64,000 bases of DNA from an uncultured Gammaproteobacteria bacterium (GCA_964367355.1 CAYIWY010000006.1:15968-79967), one strand, 5' to 3'; positions 9,423-19,732 are shown, numbered from the stretch's first letter. The notes: generated by a model from the letters alone, not told the origin. Translations and numbers: made by a program.

Positions 9423-11548
9423 GATACGAACCGCCAATTGAAAAGAAACCGCTTGAGGCTTATGGCCGAAACCTGACTGCTCTCGCTAAAGAAGGTAAAC
9501 TCGATCCGGTCATTGGCCGCGATGACGAGATTCGCCGTATAATGCAGGTGTTAAGCCGCCGCACAAAAAATAATCCCGTTTTGATCGGAGAAGCCGGGGT
9601 TGGTAAAACCGCGATTGTTGAAGGTTTAGCCCAAAGAATTGTCGCTGGTGATGTTCCCGACACCCTTAAAAACCGTGAGATCTTTCAACTTGATATCGCC
9701 TCACTTCTCGCCGGAGCTGCGTTCCGCGGCGAATTTGAAGAACGACTAAAAGCTGTTCTCAAAGAAATTACCGAAACCGGAAAATATATTTTGTTTATTG
9801 ATGAACTTCATCTAGTTGTTGGCGCTGGCAAGGCTGAAGGTGCAGTCGATGCGGCTAACATTCTCAAACCAGCTTTGGCTCGTGGCGAACTTCATACTGT
9901 TGGTGCCACAACTCTCAAAGAATACCGCGAATACATTGAAAAAGACCCAGCCTTGGAACGAAGGTTTCAACCAGTTTTAGTTGAAGAACCTTCGATCGAA
10001 GATACAGTCGCCATTTTGCGTGGAATTAAAGAAAAATACGAGGTCCATCATGGGATCAGAATAACTGACAGTGCACTCGTAGCTGCAGCGCAACTCTCCA
10101 GCCGTTATATTTCTGGTCGCTTACTTCCAGACAAAGCCGTTGATTTAGTCGATGAGGCAACCGCCAGCCTAAAAATGGAGGTTGAAAGTATGCCCACTGA
10201 ACTTGACCAAATGAAACGCCGTTTAATCCAACTCGAGATTGAGAAGGAAGCTTTGAAAAAAGAAAAAGATCCGGTTTCAAAAGAACGTTTAACTAAGCTC
10301 GAGGCGGAAATTAAAGAGCTTAAATCAAAGTCGGACGTACTTGAGAAAAACTGGCGCGCTGAAAAAGATGTTATTACTGGCCTGAGAGCCAAGTCAGTTG
10401 AACTTGAAAGAAGTAAAGTCCAGTTGGAACAAGCTGAACGCGAAGCTGAACTAAATAAAGCAGCTGAACTTAAATATGGTAGGATTCCCAACCTCGAAAA
10501 GGAAGTTACAAGTTTAAATAAAAAGCTCAAGGAAGTTTCCAAAGATGGCCAGATCTTGCGTGAGGAAGTCACCCCTGACGATATTGCCAGTGTTGTTTCA
10601 CGCTGGACCGGAATTCCAGTTAACCGACTTTTAGAGTCAGAAGCCGCTAAACTCGCTCATTTGGAGGATGAGATCCACAATCGCATGATTGACCAGGATA
10701 AAGCTATAAGAGCCGTAGCGAACGCTATAAGGCGTCACAGAGCCGGAATTTCCGAGGAAACAAGACCGATTGGCTCATTCATGTTTCTTGGACCGACTGG
10801 TGTTGGTAAAACTGAACTAGCGCGCTCCTTAGCTGAGTTTATGTTCAACGATGAGAAATCAATGGTGCGGATTGATATGAGTGAATACATGGAGGCCCAC
10901 GCGGTGGCGCGGTTGATCGGTGCTCCTCCGGGTTATATCGGTTACGAGGAAGGTGGCCAACTAACTGAGGCTGTAAGACGTAAACCTTATTCGGTCGTAC
11001 TCTTTGATGAAATTGAAAAAGCCCACAGTGATATGTTCAATACTCTACTTCAAGTTCTTGACGACGGCCGGTTGACTGACGGTCGCGGCCGTACGGTCGA
11101 TTTTCGCAACACGATCATAATTATGACCAGTAATTTAGGCAGCGATATTATCCAAAAATACGCTGGAAAAACTCCGGCGATTATGCAAGAAGAGTTGCTT
11201 GGTCTAGTTCGCAAAAGTTTTCGACCGGAATTCCTCAACCGCCTTGACGAGATAGTTGTTTTTGAACCGCTCGGTGAAAAAGAAATTGCCCAGATTACCA
11301 AACTTCAAGTTGCCCGCGTTGTTAAACGCTTGCAAGACCAAGGCATTGACCTACAAGTGAGTAAAGAAGTCGAAGAAAAAATTGCCAAAGAAGGTTTTGA
11401 TCCGGTTTATGGCGCTCGGCCAATCAAACGTGCGATTCAAGATTTGATCCTCGACGAACTATCTTTGGAAATTGTGGAAGGCAAAATTAAAAAAGGTGAC
11501 AAAGTCTCTACCAAACTCCAGTCTGGTAAAATTGTTTTTGAAAAATAA
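9423..11548 (+). CDS. clpB: ClpB-type AAA+ disaggregase lacking the N-terminal domain
   Basis: Two AAA+ modules (GEAGVGKT and GPTGVGKT Walker A); long coiled-coil middle domain; sequence begins at the D1 linker ([29 protein letters not shown]); ATG at 9423 preferred over the TTG at 9377. Confidence 0.85.
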
Positions 11549-11611
11549 ACCTCCGAGGGTTGAAAACCCTTCAGTTTCTTCTCTAGGTTTTTTCCTCTCT
11601 TCACTTCCTCA

Positions 11612-11629
11612 GTGGACTCTAGAGTCCAC
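11612..11629. terminator. Perfect 18-bp palindrome downstream of clpB
   Basis: GTGGACTCTAGAGTCCAC followed by GGTTTTCG. Confidence 0.35.
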
Positions 11630-11655
11630 GGTTTTCGTGAAGTCGGAAATAAAAA

Positions 11656-11680
11656 CCGCTCCTTTAAATAAAAGGAGCGG
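11656..11680 (-). terminator. Hairpin terminator for the minus-strand small gene
   Basis: CCGCTCCTT-TAAATAA-AAGGAGCGG with T-run on the minus strand. Confidence 0.4.
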
Positions 11681-11688
11681 GTTAACTG

Positions 11689-11940
11689 CTACAACCAAGA
11701 AGGTTTTTCTCCCCTCTCACCTGTGTTAAAAAAACTCCGGGAAGACTCACCGTACCACCAAGTGCAACTTACGTTAGTACAAGACCAAAAACGAACCTTG
11801 CTGCAACTTGGAGAGCAAAAGCATTCTTCTCCATGTTCTATCCAACCAGGACAGTCCCAATTCATTTCTACCAACGAACCGCACCGGGGACAAACTTCCG
11901 CTTTCTCTGTTTCTGCCGAAACAGCAGCTTGATCTACCAT
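11689..11940 (-). CDS. Small Cys-rich protein (zinc-ribbon-like), GC-rich
   Basis: MVDQAAV... CPRCGSLVEMNWDCPGWIEHGEECFCSPSCS; GGAGG RBS before the ATG. Confidence 0.35.
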   Translation of the reverse strand: MVDQAAVSAETEKAEVCPRCGSLVEMNWDCPGWIEHGEECFCSPSCSKVRFWSCTNVSCTWWYGESSRSFFNTGERGEKPSWL

Positions 11941-12064
11941 CACTCTCCTCCTTGAGAAAATTTTGATTCTAACTTGCTTCAAGTTACAAACGCGCATGGT
12001 GTGATCGCAGCGATTATAACATACAAGAAAAAGGCTGAAATTTCTTCCAGCCTTTTTTGACCAA

Positions 12065-12361
12065 CTAATCCTGTCTCTTTCTTTGAAAGTGCTTCTTCAC
12101 TTGCCAAAGAGTAAATATCGCCCCCGATATTACCGCAACCCTGATATACCAAGCTGCTGCCTCATGCGAAATAGCCTGGCGGCTATAGTCGCGAGCGATT
12201 TGCATCAGTTGCTCGGCTCTTCTCGGATCTGGATCGTTTTCCAGAATCCTTTCCGTGTTATGTTCATCCTCCTCCAGTAAAGCTGCTTCTTCTGGATCTA
12301 AAAGAACCTCTGTATCCCTACGAAAACGGTGGTGCAGGAATTCGTCTGGGTGGTGAATCAC
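12065..12361 (-). CDS. Hypothetical acidic protein with C-terminal TM (tail-anchored), GC-rich
   Basis: 98 aa; acidic N-terminal region; C-terminal AAAWYIRVAVISGAIFTLWQV. Confidence 0.4.
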   Translation of the reverse strand: MIHHPDEFLHHRFRRDTEVLLDPEEAALLEEDEHNTERILENDPDPRRAEQLMQIARDYSRQAISHEAAAWYIRVAVISGAIFTLWQVKKHFQRKRQD

Positions 12362-12374
12362 CTACAACTCCTCC

Positions 12375-12701
12375 TTAAGCTACCTTCAACAGAATCAATC
12401 GTCTTGGCTTGGTGCTGAGAAACTTAACCGGCGCACTGCGCAGGTCAACACCACGTTTGCGCAATCGTGCAAACAGACGGTGTAAATCTTTGCCATAACC
12501 AGCCAGTTTTTGATCCCTGACAACCACCCATCTATCCGGGTATTTCAAAGTCCACTCAGCTCGGTGAGAGTCAAGAAAGATACAATCTGCCCGAAAACGA
12601 CTCATACTTTCGTCCATTTCCTTGATCTGCTGTGGTGTCAAGGTCAATGGCTCAATTTTGGCCCTGACTTGATCAGGTCTGTACCTACTAATCTTAGTCA
12701 A
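12375..12701 (-). CDS. Hypothetical protein, possibly DUF5678-like small domain, GC-rich
   Basis: 108 aa; W...YPDRWVVVRDQKLAGYGKDL resembles the small beta-rich DUF5678 pattern; weak. Confidence 0.35.
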   Translation of the reverse strand: MTKISRYRPDQVRAKIEPLTLTPQQIKEMDESMSRFRADCIFLDSHRAEWTLKYPDRWVVVRDQKLAGYGKDLHRLFARLRKRGVDLRSAPVKFLSTKPRRLILLKVA

Positions 12702-12760
12702 GAGATCTCCTCCTCGAACTACACAGCTTTGTTATTAATTTTCTTGTACTACTAGGAAAT

Positions 12761-13573
12761 TTAATTGTCAATAGAGGCGGCTTTGACAAGATTCGTCATT
12801 AGCATGGCGACGGTCATCGGACCAACCCCACCGGGAACTGGTGTAATCAATGAAGCTTTTTTGGAAACATTTTCAAAATCAACATCGCCAACCAGTTTTC
12901 CAGTTTCAGGATCGCGATTCATACCAATATCAATTACAACCACGTCTTTTTTAACCATATTGGCAGTAACCAGCTTTGGTTGGCCAACGGCCGAAATTAC
13001 AATATCGCCTTTTTGAACCAAAGAATCGATTGGTTTTGGAGTTTGGGAATGGATTTGGATAATTTCAGCTCCTGCTTCTTCCAACATTGTCTTCAACGGC
13101 GCGCCGACAAGCTTACTTCGGCCTAAAACAATAGCAGTTTTTCCTTTGATTGGAACTTGGTATTCTTCGAGAATTTTCATTACACCACTTGGAGTGGCTG
13201 GTTTAAATAACGAATTTTCCGTTAAACCATCGACATCTTTCGCTGGTGAAATTAATTCAATCAATTTATCGCTCTGCAAATGCACTGGAAGAGGCAACTG
13301 AACAATTATTCCGCTCACTTGTTTGTTTGCATTTAAATTCTCAATTTTAGTCTCAACCTCTTTTTGGGCAGTATTTTCAGGGAAATTGATTAATTCAACT
13401 TTAGCGCCGATTGTTTCAGCCGCCAAAAGTTTTTGCCTAATATAGCGCTCCGACGCCTCGTTATCCCCAACCTGAATAATCGCCAAACAAGGTTTTAGGT
13501 TCTCCTTTTCAATTTTAGCTTTAAGTTCGAAAAGAATCTTATCCCTTAAAGCTTTACCGTCAACTAGCTTCAT
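12761..13573 (-). CDS. folD: Bifunctional methylenetetrahydrofolate dehydrogenase/cyclohydrolase
   Basis: GGVGPMTVAMLMTNLV and GRSKLVGAPL motifs; 270 aa. Confidence 0.9.
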   Translation of the reverse strand: MKLVDGKALRDKILFELKAKIEKENLKPCLAIIQVGDNEASERYIRQKLLAAETIGAKVELINFPENTAQKEVETKIENLNANKQVSGIIVQLPLPVHLQSDKLIELISPAKDVDGLTENSLFKPATPSGVMKILEEYQVPIKGKTAIVLGRSKLVGAPLKTMLEEAGAEIIQIHSQTPKPIDSLVQKGDIVISAVGQPKLVTANMVKKDVVVIDIGMNRDPETGKLVGDVDFENVSKKASLITPVPGGVGPMTVAMLMTNLVKAASIDN

Positions 13574-14000
13574 TTGATTTAACCCTTTTATAACTATTCA
13601 TTAAGTCTTCAATCATTTCTGTATTTCGCCGAAAAAGTAGAGGACCAAAAACCTTCTCAAGCAGCTTATTTCCAAAATTAAACGTAAGTTCAATCTTAAC
13701 TCTAGTTTGGGGTCGTAGATCCTCAAAGGTTATTTTTTGTTCAATTATAATAAATGGAACTTCTATTAAATAAAGCAGTTCTTTCTGCAGTGAAATTTTT
13801 ACAATTTTATGCCTGATTTTTAGTGGTAAATAAAGTATTGTTGTCCAATCGTACCAATAATTACCCTCTTCAAACGATCCTTCGGGAATTGCCCGATTGC
13901 AAAATTTAATATAATCCGGATAATTTTCAACCTCGGTAAATAATTTCCAGGTTCTTTCCAGTTGAAAATCTACTATCGATTCAAATTCGAGTCTTCTCAT
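13560..14000 (-). CDS. SRPBCC (START/polyketide-cyclase-like) family protein
   Basis: 146 aa; pattern typical of Polyketide_cyc2/RatA-like proteins; weak. Confidence 0.45.
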   Translation of the reverse strand: MRRLEFESIVDFQLERTWKLFTEVENYPDYIKFCNRAIPEGSFEEGNYWYDWTTILYLPLKIRHKIVKISLQKELLYLIEVPFIIIEQKITFEDLRPQTRVKIELTFNFGNKLLEKVFGPLLFRRNTEMIEDLMNSYKRVKSNEAS

Positions 14001-15246
14001 TTAATTCGTTTAGCCTTCTATTTAGTTCCTTGATGTACCTAAATAAACCAATAAACTTTTTGACTCCGTTCTGAACCCGGCTTGTAATTCTTGGTTCTTT
14101 TTTCCTAATCATGATTGCTTCTTGATAAACATTTTCAAGTTTTCTGATTAAATCCTCCTGCTTAAAAATCTCTCTTACCAACTTAGCTGAATTTTTTCCA
14201 AATACTTCTCTTTTTTTCGTATCTAGAATTAGATTCAAAACCTTACTAGCAAATAATTTTGGTTTTTCCGAAACCGCGTAACCATTGAAATCATCTTTTA
14301 TCACCCCATTAAAAGCTTCATCTTGCACTAAAACCAGTGGTAAGCCGCAAGAAGCAGCTTCAGGAACTACCATGCCTTGGGTTTCTGTTGTCGAGGCAAA
14401 CACAAAGATATCAGCATCCGAGTAAGCCTTCGGCATAAATTTTGTATCGATATAGCCGGGAAAATAAACTCGTGATTCCAAACCTAAATTTTTTACCAAG
14501 TACTTTAGTTTCTCTTCCTCTTGTCCTTCCCCAGCTATTACAAGTACAGAACTTAAGTCTTTTTTGGAAACTTCGTAGAAACTTTTAACCAGAAAGTCGA
14601 TGTTTTTTTCTTCCCCTAAACGGGAGGCTGTGAGCAAAATAATGTTTGCCTCACCAATACCTAATAGTTTCCGCAAATAACCTTTCTTTGTTTTAACAAA
14701 ACGTTCAAGATTTACTGGATTCGGTACTACAACTACTTTTTTACTGACTCCATACTTTACCAGTATTTTTTTCATCTTAATGCTCGGAACAATTACAATA
14801 TCGCTAATGTTGCAGATAAACCGGCTGCCGTTTTTGGCTATCGGAGAAGTAATCATCTTGCTTTTAATAAAGAAGTAATGGGTATATTTCTCCAGATAAG
14901 TGTGATAAGTCAAAACGAACGGATACCCTTTTGTCAGGGCGATCTGGTAACCAACCAAACTCAAAAACCCCCCACCGTGTCCGTGGATAACGTCAAATTT
15001 CATGTTTAAAATTTTTCTAAATTGCGGGGTGGGAATTGGTAATTTTTGTTCGGGTTCAGAATTGATTATTCTGATCGAACTTAGACGGATGATGTTTTTT
15101 TCGCTGTCTTTGTAACCGGCTATCTTTGGAGCAAACACATAAACCTCGTGACCTTTTTTTTCAAGCTCCTTTTTGGCAAAAACTAAGCTAATTGAGACTC
15201 CGTTTAAATGTGGAAGGTATGTTTCTGTGAAAAAAGCAATTTTCAT
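13981..15246 (-). CDS. Glycosyltransferase family 4
   Basis: GT-B C-terminal signature E...GMVVPEAASCGLPLV. Confidence 0.8.
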   Translation of the reverse strand: MKIAFFTETYLPHLNGVSISLVFAKKELEKKGHEVYVFAPKIAGYKDSEKNIIRLSSIRIINSEPEQKLPIPTPQFRKILNMKFDVIHGHGGGFLSLVGYQIALTKGYPFVLTYHTYLEKYTHYFFIKSKMITSPIAKNGSRFICNISDIVIVPSIKMKKILVKYGVSKKVVVVPNPVNLERFVKTKKGYLRKLLGIGEANIILLTASRLGEEKNIDFLVKSFYEVSKKDLSSVLVIAGEGQEEEKLKYLVKNLGLESRVYFPGYIDTKFMPKAYSDADIFVFASTTETQGMVVPEAASCGLPLVLVQDEAFNGVIKDDFNGYAVSEKPKLFASKVLNLILDTKKREVFGKNSAKLVREIFKQEDLIRKLENVYQEAIMIRKKEPRITSRVQNGVKKFIGLFRYIKELNRRLNELNEKTRI

Positions 15247-15959
15247 CTATAAACCTCAAGATCAACTTTTGGAGGCCTTCGAAACCAAACAGTATTAAAA
15301 TAACCGACCCCGTATTTCCAAAAGGCCTTAATTCTACCCTTCTCCCAGCGTCTGGTCGATGTGAGTACCCAAATATCTTTTCTCAAAATAACCTTTCCGT
15401 ACTTTTTTAACCTAAGGCCAAGATCAACATCAGGACTCATTTCAAACCGAATATCTAACCCACCGATCTGTTTAAAAAAACTCTTTCGAAAGGCAAGGTT
15501 TGGACCGGTTAAATGGGGCTTCCCAATGGAAAAATTGAAAGAAAGAAATAAATTATACAGAAAAGCAAGAAATTTTGTCCGAAACTTTGAGCTTGTTTCC
15601 GGTCTTATCTCACCAGTCAACGCGGCTAATTTCTCGTCTTCAAAAGCTTGTGCGATTTTTTTAACCCAGTCATCTGAAACTTTCGTGTCGGCATCAGTTA
15701 CAGCAATAACTTCATTTGTCGCTGAAAAAACCCCTTTATTTAAAGTAAAAACATAACCTTGTTTTTCTTCACGAACAACTTTTGCCCCAACTTTTAAAGC
15801 AATACTGGCGGTATTATCAGTTGAGTTATTATCAACAACAACGATCTCATAGTTTTCTTTTGGATAGTTTTGATTCTGAAGAGCTTTGAGGGTCGGCTCG
15901 ATATAAGCTTCTTCATTAAATGCTGGTATTACGACTGAAACATGAATATTTTTTCCCAT
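15243..15959 (-). CDS. Glycosyltransferase family 2
   Basis: VSVVIPAFNEE ... VVVDNNSTDNT ... DADT (DXD). Confidence 0.8.
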   Translation of the reverse strand: MGKNIHVSVVIPAFNEEAYIEPTLKALQNQNYPKENYEIVVVDNNSTDNTASIALKVGAKVVREEKQGYVFTLNKGVFSATNEVIAVTDADTKVSDDWVKKIAQAFEDEKLAALTGEIRPETSSKFRTKFLAFLYNLFLSFNFSIGKPHLTGPNLAFRKSFFKQIGGLDIRFEMSPDVDLGLRLKKYGKVILRKDIWVLTSTRRWEKGRIKAFWKYGVGYFNTVWFRRPPKVDLEVYR

Positions 15960-15960
15960 A

Positions 15961-17307
15961 CTAGAGACTCCAAGTCTTTTCTTTTACTCCGTTTAAAATA
16001 AGATCTACCACCTCCACTCCTTGCATTGTCGTGTGGTCTGTATTACTAATTTCGTATTTCCAAGCTCCAAAACGTCCCCGGGAATAGACCCTCCTTTTTA
16101 ATAATTCGCTCTGGACTTTATTAAGAATACCATCCCGCTCTAAAGAAGGAGTTGGGTAACCGTAAGGAACATCGAGTGACCAGGTGCTGACAATCTTTTC
16201 TCGCGATTCGATTAGTTTTGTGTTCAACATCCCTTTGATTGTTTCTTCAATTATAGTCTCTTTTTCGATTTTTTTGCTTGTTGAATAAGAAATTTCCGCC
16301 ATCAAAGACCAGTGTCCTTTCGGAACATTATTTGGTGAATAATTTGAAAAAACTGTTACCCGATAAAACGGGCAGTTACTTTCTGGAAAATACATCCAGC
16401 ATTTTGTTTTGAGTTTTTTTGGAACAGAGCCTTTCAAACCAATGCCGACGATCACATCTCCGGAGTGCTTCAGGTTTTTAACCGCAGTATGCATTGGCTT
16501 TGGCAAATCCGATTTCCAAATAAATTGGTCAAGTGGCATTGAACTAATTAAATGGTCGTAACTGTCTTTGGAACCGTCAATAAAAGTTATTTCTTTCTTG
16601 GTCGTATCGATTTTTTCAACCTTTTCATTTAAGCTCAAATTTCCCTTTATCCTCTCGCCGACTCTCAGGGCAATATCACCAATCCCGTTATTAAGTGGGA
16701 ATTTGAACTTATTGTTCGGTCCCCAACCAAACTCATCTTTTTCTAAAATAATATTTTCCAGAACTTTGCTGATATTTACCAGACTGACTCTTTCTCCAAC
16801 CCAGTTTGTACTCATTGTTTCCAAGGGAAACGCCCAGACTTTCTTGTTGTAAGGCACCATGAAATACTTCATTATTCCTTTCCCAAGTATCGACTGGTTT
16901 AGCTGTAGAAAATTCTTTGGTTTTTTCTTAGGATCGTAGTTTTGTGTGGCTTCAACCAATCCTTCAACACATTCCAAAATAACTTTTTTTGGTAAATAAC
17001 GGATATTATTTTGAAACGGATAGGGAACAAACCGATCTTGCAGCCAAACCCAAGCCTCCCGAACCAGTTCGGTGTATTGACCTTCAAGAACTTTTTCCAA
17101 ATAATCGTCGAAATATTTGTAATGGGAAAAAAGAACGTGACCACCAACGTCCCAAGTAAAACCATCTTTTTTAAAACTGGCAGCCAAGCCTCCTGGAAAA
17201 GCTTCTTTTTCGTAAAGGTGCCAATTATCATATCCAAGCTCATTTAAACGATAAGCCGCTCCTAAACCTGTAGGACCGGCACCAATTATCAAAATTCTTT
17301 TGCTCAT
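15961..17307 (-). CDS. FAD/NAD(P)-binding oxidoreductase, UDP-galactopyranose mutase-like
   Basis: ILIIGAGPTGLGAAYRL Rossmann motif; GGHVLF motif; 448 aa. Confidence 0.55.
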   Translation of the reverse strand: MSKRILIIGAGPTGLGAAYRLNELGYDNWHLYEKEAFPGGLAASFKKDGFTWDVGGHVLFSHYKYFDDYLEKVLEGQYTELVREAWVWLQDRFVPYPFQNNIRYLPKKVILECVEGLVEATQNYDPKKKPKNFLQLNQSILGKGIMKYFMVPYNKKVWAFPLETMSTNWVGERVSLVNISKVLENIILEKDEFGWGPNNKFKFPLNNGIGDIALRVGERIKGNLSLNEKVEKIDTTKKEITFIDGSKDSYDHLISSMPLDQFIWKSDLPKPMHTAVKNLKHSGDVIVGIGLKGSVPKKLKTKCWMYFPESNCPFYRVTVFSNYSPNNVPKGHWSLMAEISYSTSKKIEKETIIEETIKGMLNTKLIESREKIVSTWSLDVPYGYPTPSLERDGILNKVQSELLKRRVYSRGRFGAWKYEISNTDHTTMQGVEVVDLILNGVKEKTWSL

Positions 17308-17309
17308 TT

Positions 17310-17906
17310 TTAATTAAGTTTTACTTCCGCAACAATCGACTCCCCCAGTTCATAGGTTTTGGTTTGCCCAAAGTTACTCAAGAGTTTTTTCAACTCTGTT
17401 TCGGAAAAAGTCCACTGCGCCATTGTTTCAAAATCGTTTATACCATCATAATCGCCAAGAAGCTTGAAGAAGTAGCGGTTGTAGCCGACAAAACTGGAAA
17501 TTTTGCCTTTTTTGTGTTTAGGTTCGCAGATAATAATAGTTTTTGAGACCTTTTTTGCTTTGGCTAGAAGTTTTTTATGGTTTGGCAGAATATGATGCAA
17601 GACGTCTGAGATGACGACTGTATCGACTTGAGGAAAATCAACTTCAAATAAGTTTCCGTGGGTCACTTCCAAACCTTTTTTTTGACAATGTTCAGCGAAT
17701 CTTTTATTAGCTTCAATTCCGAAATAACTACAGCTATCATCGAGGTATTTAGTCAAAACACCACTTCCACAACCAAGGTCGAGAACCTTTTTTCTTTTTC
17801 CTATTAAATCGGCCATTAAATTGTAGCGTTTTGAAAAGTTATTCCGATGAACGAGGGACAAAACTTTTTCGTAAACGACTGGGTTTTTATAAAGAAGACT
17901 ACTCAT
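17310..17906 (-). CDS. Class I SAM-dependent methyltransferase
   Basis: VLDLGCGSGVLT motif I. Confidence 0.75.
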   Translation of the reverse strand: MSSLLYKNPVVYEKVLSLVHRNNFSKRYNLMADLIGKRKKVLDLGCGSGVLTKYLDDSCSYFGIEANKRFAEHCQKKGLEVTHGNLFEVDFPQVDTVVISDVLHHILPNHKKLLAKAKKVSKTIIICEPKHKKGKISSFVGYNRYFFKLLGDYDGINDFETMAQWTFSETELKKLLSNFGQTKTYELGESIVAEVKLN

Positions 17907-17991
17907 AAATTCGTATTACATCTTGCTCCTGCAATTCTTGCGAGTTACTTTTTTATCTGACACTTTGGCCTGCCCGCCATTAACCGGTTTG

Positions 17992-18810
17992 TTAAAGCCG
18001 TTGGCAGCTCGGGCAAAAGTGTGTTCCCCGTCCACCTACCCTTATCTTTTTTACTATAGTACCACAACGTAAACAAGGGTTACCTTCTTGGCGAAAAACG
18101 TTGAGGTTTTTGGCATGATTACCCTCTTTCCCATAAATATCGAGATAATCGTCGATACTGGTGCCTCGATCGGTGATTCCTTGGTCAAGAGCTTTGATAA
18201 TTCCTTGGTAAAGATCTTCTACTCGCTTAGCGTCAACTCTATTGCCGGCAGTTTCCGGATGAATCTTTGCGTACCAAAGTGCTTCATCTGCGTAGATATT
18301 GCCGACTCCAGCAATCTTTTTCTGGTCCATAATTAAGGTCTTTGTTGCTCGAGACGATTTCTCCAAAACTTTTTTAACAACGTCCAGTGTATAGTCTTTG
18401 GTAAACGGCTCTGGTCCAAATTCATCAGTAATTTTTTTCAAATCAGTTGAATTTTCAATTAACTTAACGTAACCAAACTTTCTTACCTCGCTAAAACGCA
18501 GTTCCCGTCCGTCCTCAAATTTGAAAGTTACGTGGGTAAAACGATCTTCTGGATCTGTTTGTTTGCGGATAAACAGTCGGCCGGAAAGTTTGAGGTGAAT
18601 TCCGATTGTACCGTCATTCTCAATTCCGAGTAACAACAATTTTCCAATCCGACCTGCCGAAACAAAATGGCGGCCAATTATTTTTTCAACTGCCTCTGCG
18701 TTAGGTTGCAACATTTTTGGAACGTCGTACCAAAGGTCAACAATTTTGTGACCAACAATTTCTTTTTCTAAATCCCTTCGAATTGTCTCAACCTCAGGAA
18801 GTTCTGGCAT
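17992..18810 (-). CDS. mutM: Formamidopyrimidine-DNA glycosylase (Fpg/Nei family)
   Basis: N-terminal MPELPEVE; C-terminal zinc finger CLRCG...CPSCQ. Confidence 0.85.
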   Translation of the reverse strand: MPELPEVETIRRDLEKEIVGHKIVDLWYDVPKMLQPNAEAVEKIIGRHFVSAGRIGKLLLLGIENDGTIGIHLKLSGRLFIRKQTDPEDRFTHVTFKFEDGRELRFSEVRKFGYVKLIENSTDLKKITDEFGPEPFTKDYTLDVVKKVLEKSSRATKTLIMDQKKIAGVGNIYADEALWYAKIHPETAGNRVDAKRVEDLYQGIIKALDQGITDRGTSIDDYLDIYGKEGNHAKNLNVFRQEGNPCLRCGTIVKKIRVGGRGTHFCPSCQRL

Positions 18811-18836
18811 GATTCCAGTATTTTAGCAGAAATAAG

Positions 18837-19670
18837 TTAAAAAAGTGATAACTGCGCTTCTCTCTGGCAGCTTTTGCAGTAATGGGTTCGTCTGCCGCCA
18901 ATTTCCGTATATTCGATCGCAGTTTTACAAGTCGGACACGGCTTGCCGGTTTTTCCATAAACTTGCAAGTAATTTTGGTTGGTTCCAGGGTTCCCGAGTA
19001 AATCTCTATACGAATCAATCGTGGTACCTCGATGTTTAATACTTGAGGTTAAAACTTCTTTTATTGAATCTAATAAATTTTGAGCTTCCTCTTCAGTAAC
19101 CAATTTTGGTGCTCGGAAAGGGTTTATTTTCGCCAGAAACAAAGCTTCATCAGCATAAATATTCCCCACTCCAGCAATAGTTTTTTGGTTAACAATGGTT
19201 TCTTTAATCGTTTTCTTGTCGCTTCGATTTATTGATAAATTGAAACGTTCAGCTTTGATTTCAAACGGCTCTGGTCCTAGGTTCTTTTCAACTTCTTTGG
19301 AATCGTGAACAATAAAAGCCTCGGCTGCGCCGTTGCGGTCACAAAAACGAACTTGCCTTCCATCATCAAGATTTAAAACAAATCTTGTAAACTCGTCAGC
19401 TCGAGCGTCTTTACCTCGCAGCAGAAGTTGGCCGGTTAGTTTCAGATGGATAATTAAACTGTTGCCGTTAGAAAGTTCAATAATTAAGTATTTTGCCCGA
19501 CGAACCGCCCGCTCGATCTTTTTTCCAGTCAACATTTGGTCAAGGTCTTGACGAGATTTAATCCGCAGATTTTCACCTAAAGAAGTAATTTTGGCCTCAT
19601 CTATTCGTCTGCCAACTAAACGCTGGTTGATATCGTTGACAATTGTGGTGACTTCAGGAAGTTCTGGCAT
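18837..19670 (-). CDS. Second Fpg/Nei-family DNA glycosylase (paralog)
   Basis: MPELPEVTT N-terminus; C-terminal CPTCK...CKSCQ zinc finger. Confidence 0.85.
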   Translation of the reverse strand: MPELPEVTTIVNDINQRLVGRRIDEAKITSLGENLRIKSRQDLDQMLTGKKIERAVRRAKYLIIELSNGNSLIIHLKLTGQLLLRGKDARADEFTRFVLNLDDGRQVRFCDRNGAAEAFIVHDSKEVEKNLGPEPFEIKAERFNLSINRSDKKTIKETIVNQKTIAGVGNIYADEALFLAKINPFRAPKLVTEEEAQNLLDSIKEVLTSSIKHRGTTIDSYRDLLGNPGTNQNYLQVYGKTGKPCPTCKTAIEYTEIGGRRTHYCKSCQREAQLSLF

Positions 19671-19732
19671 AACGGGAATATTTTAACAGAAGAAAAAGTT
19701 TGAGGCGAAAACACAGATTGTGGTTTCGCCTC

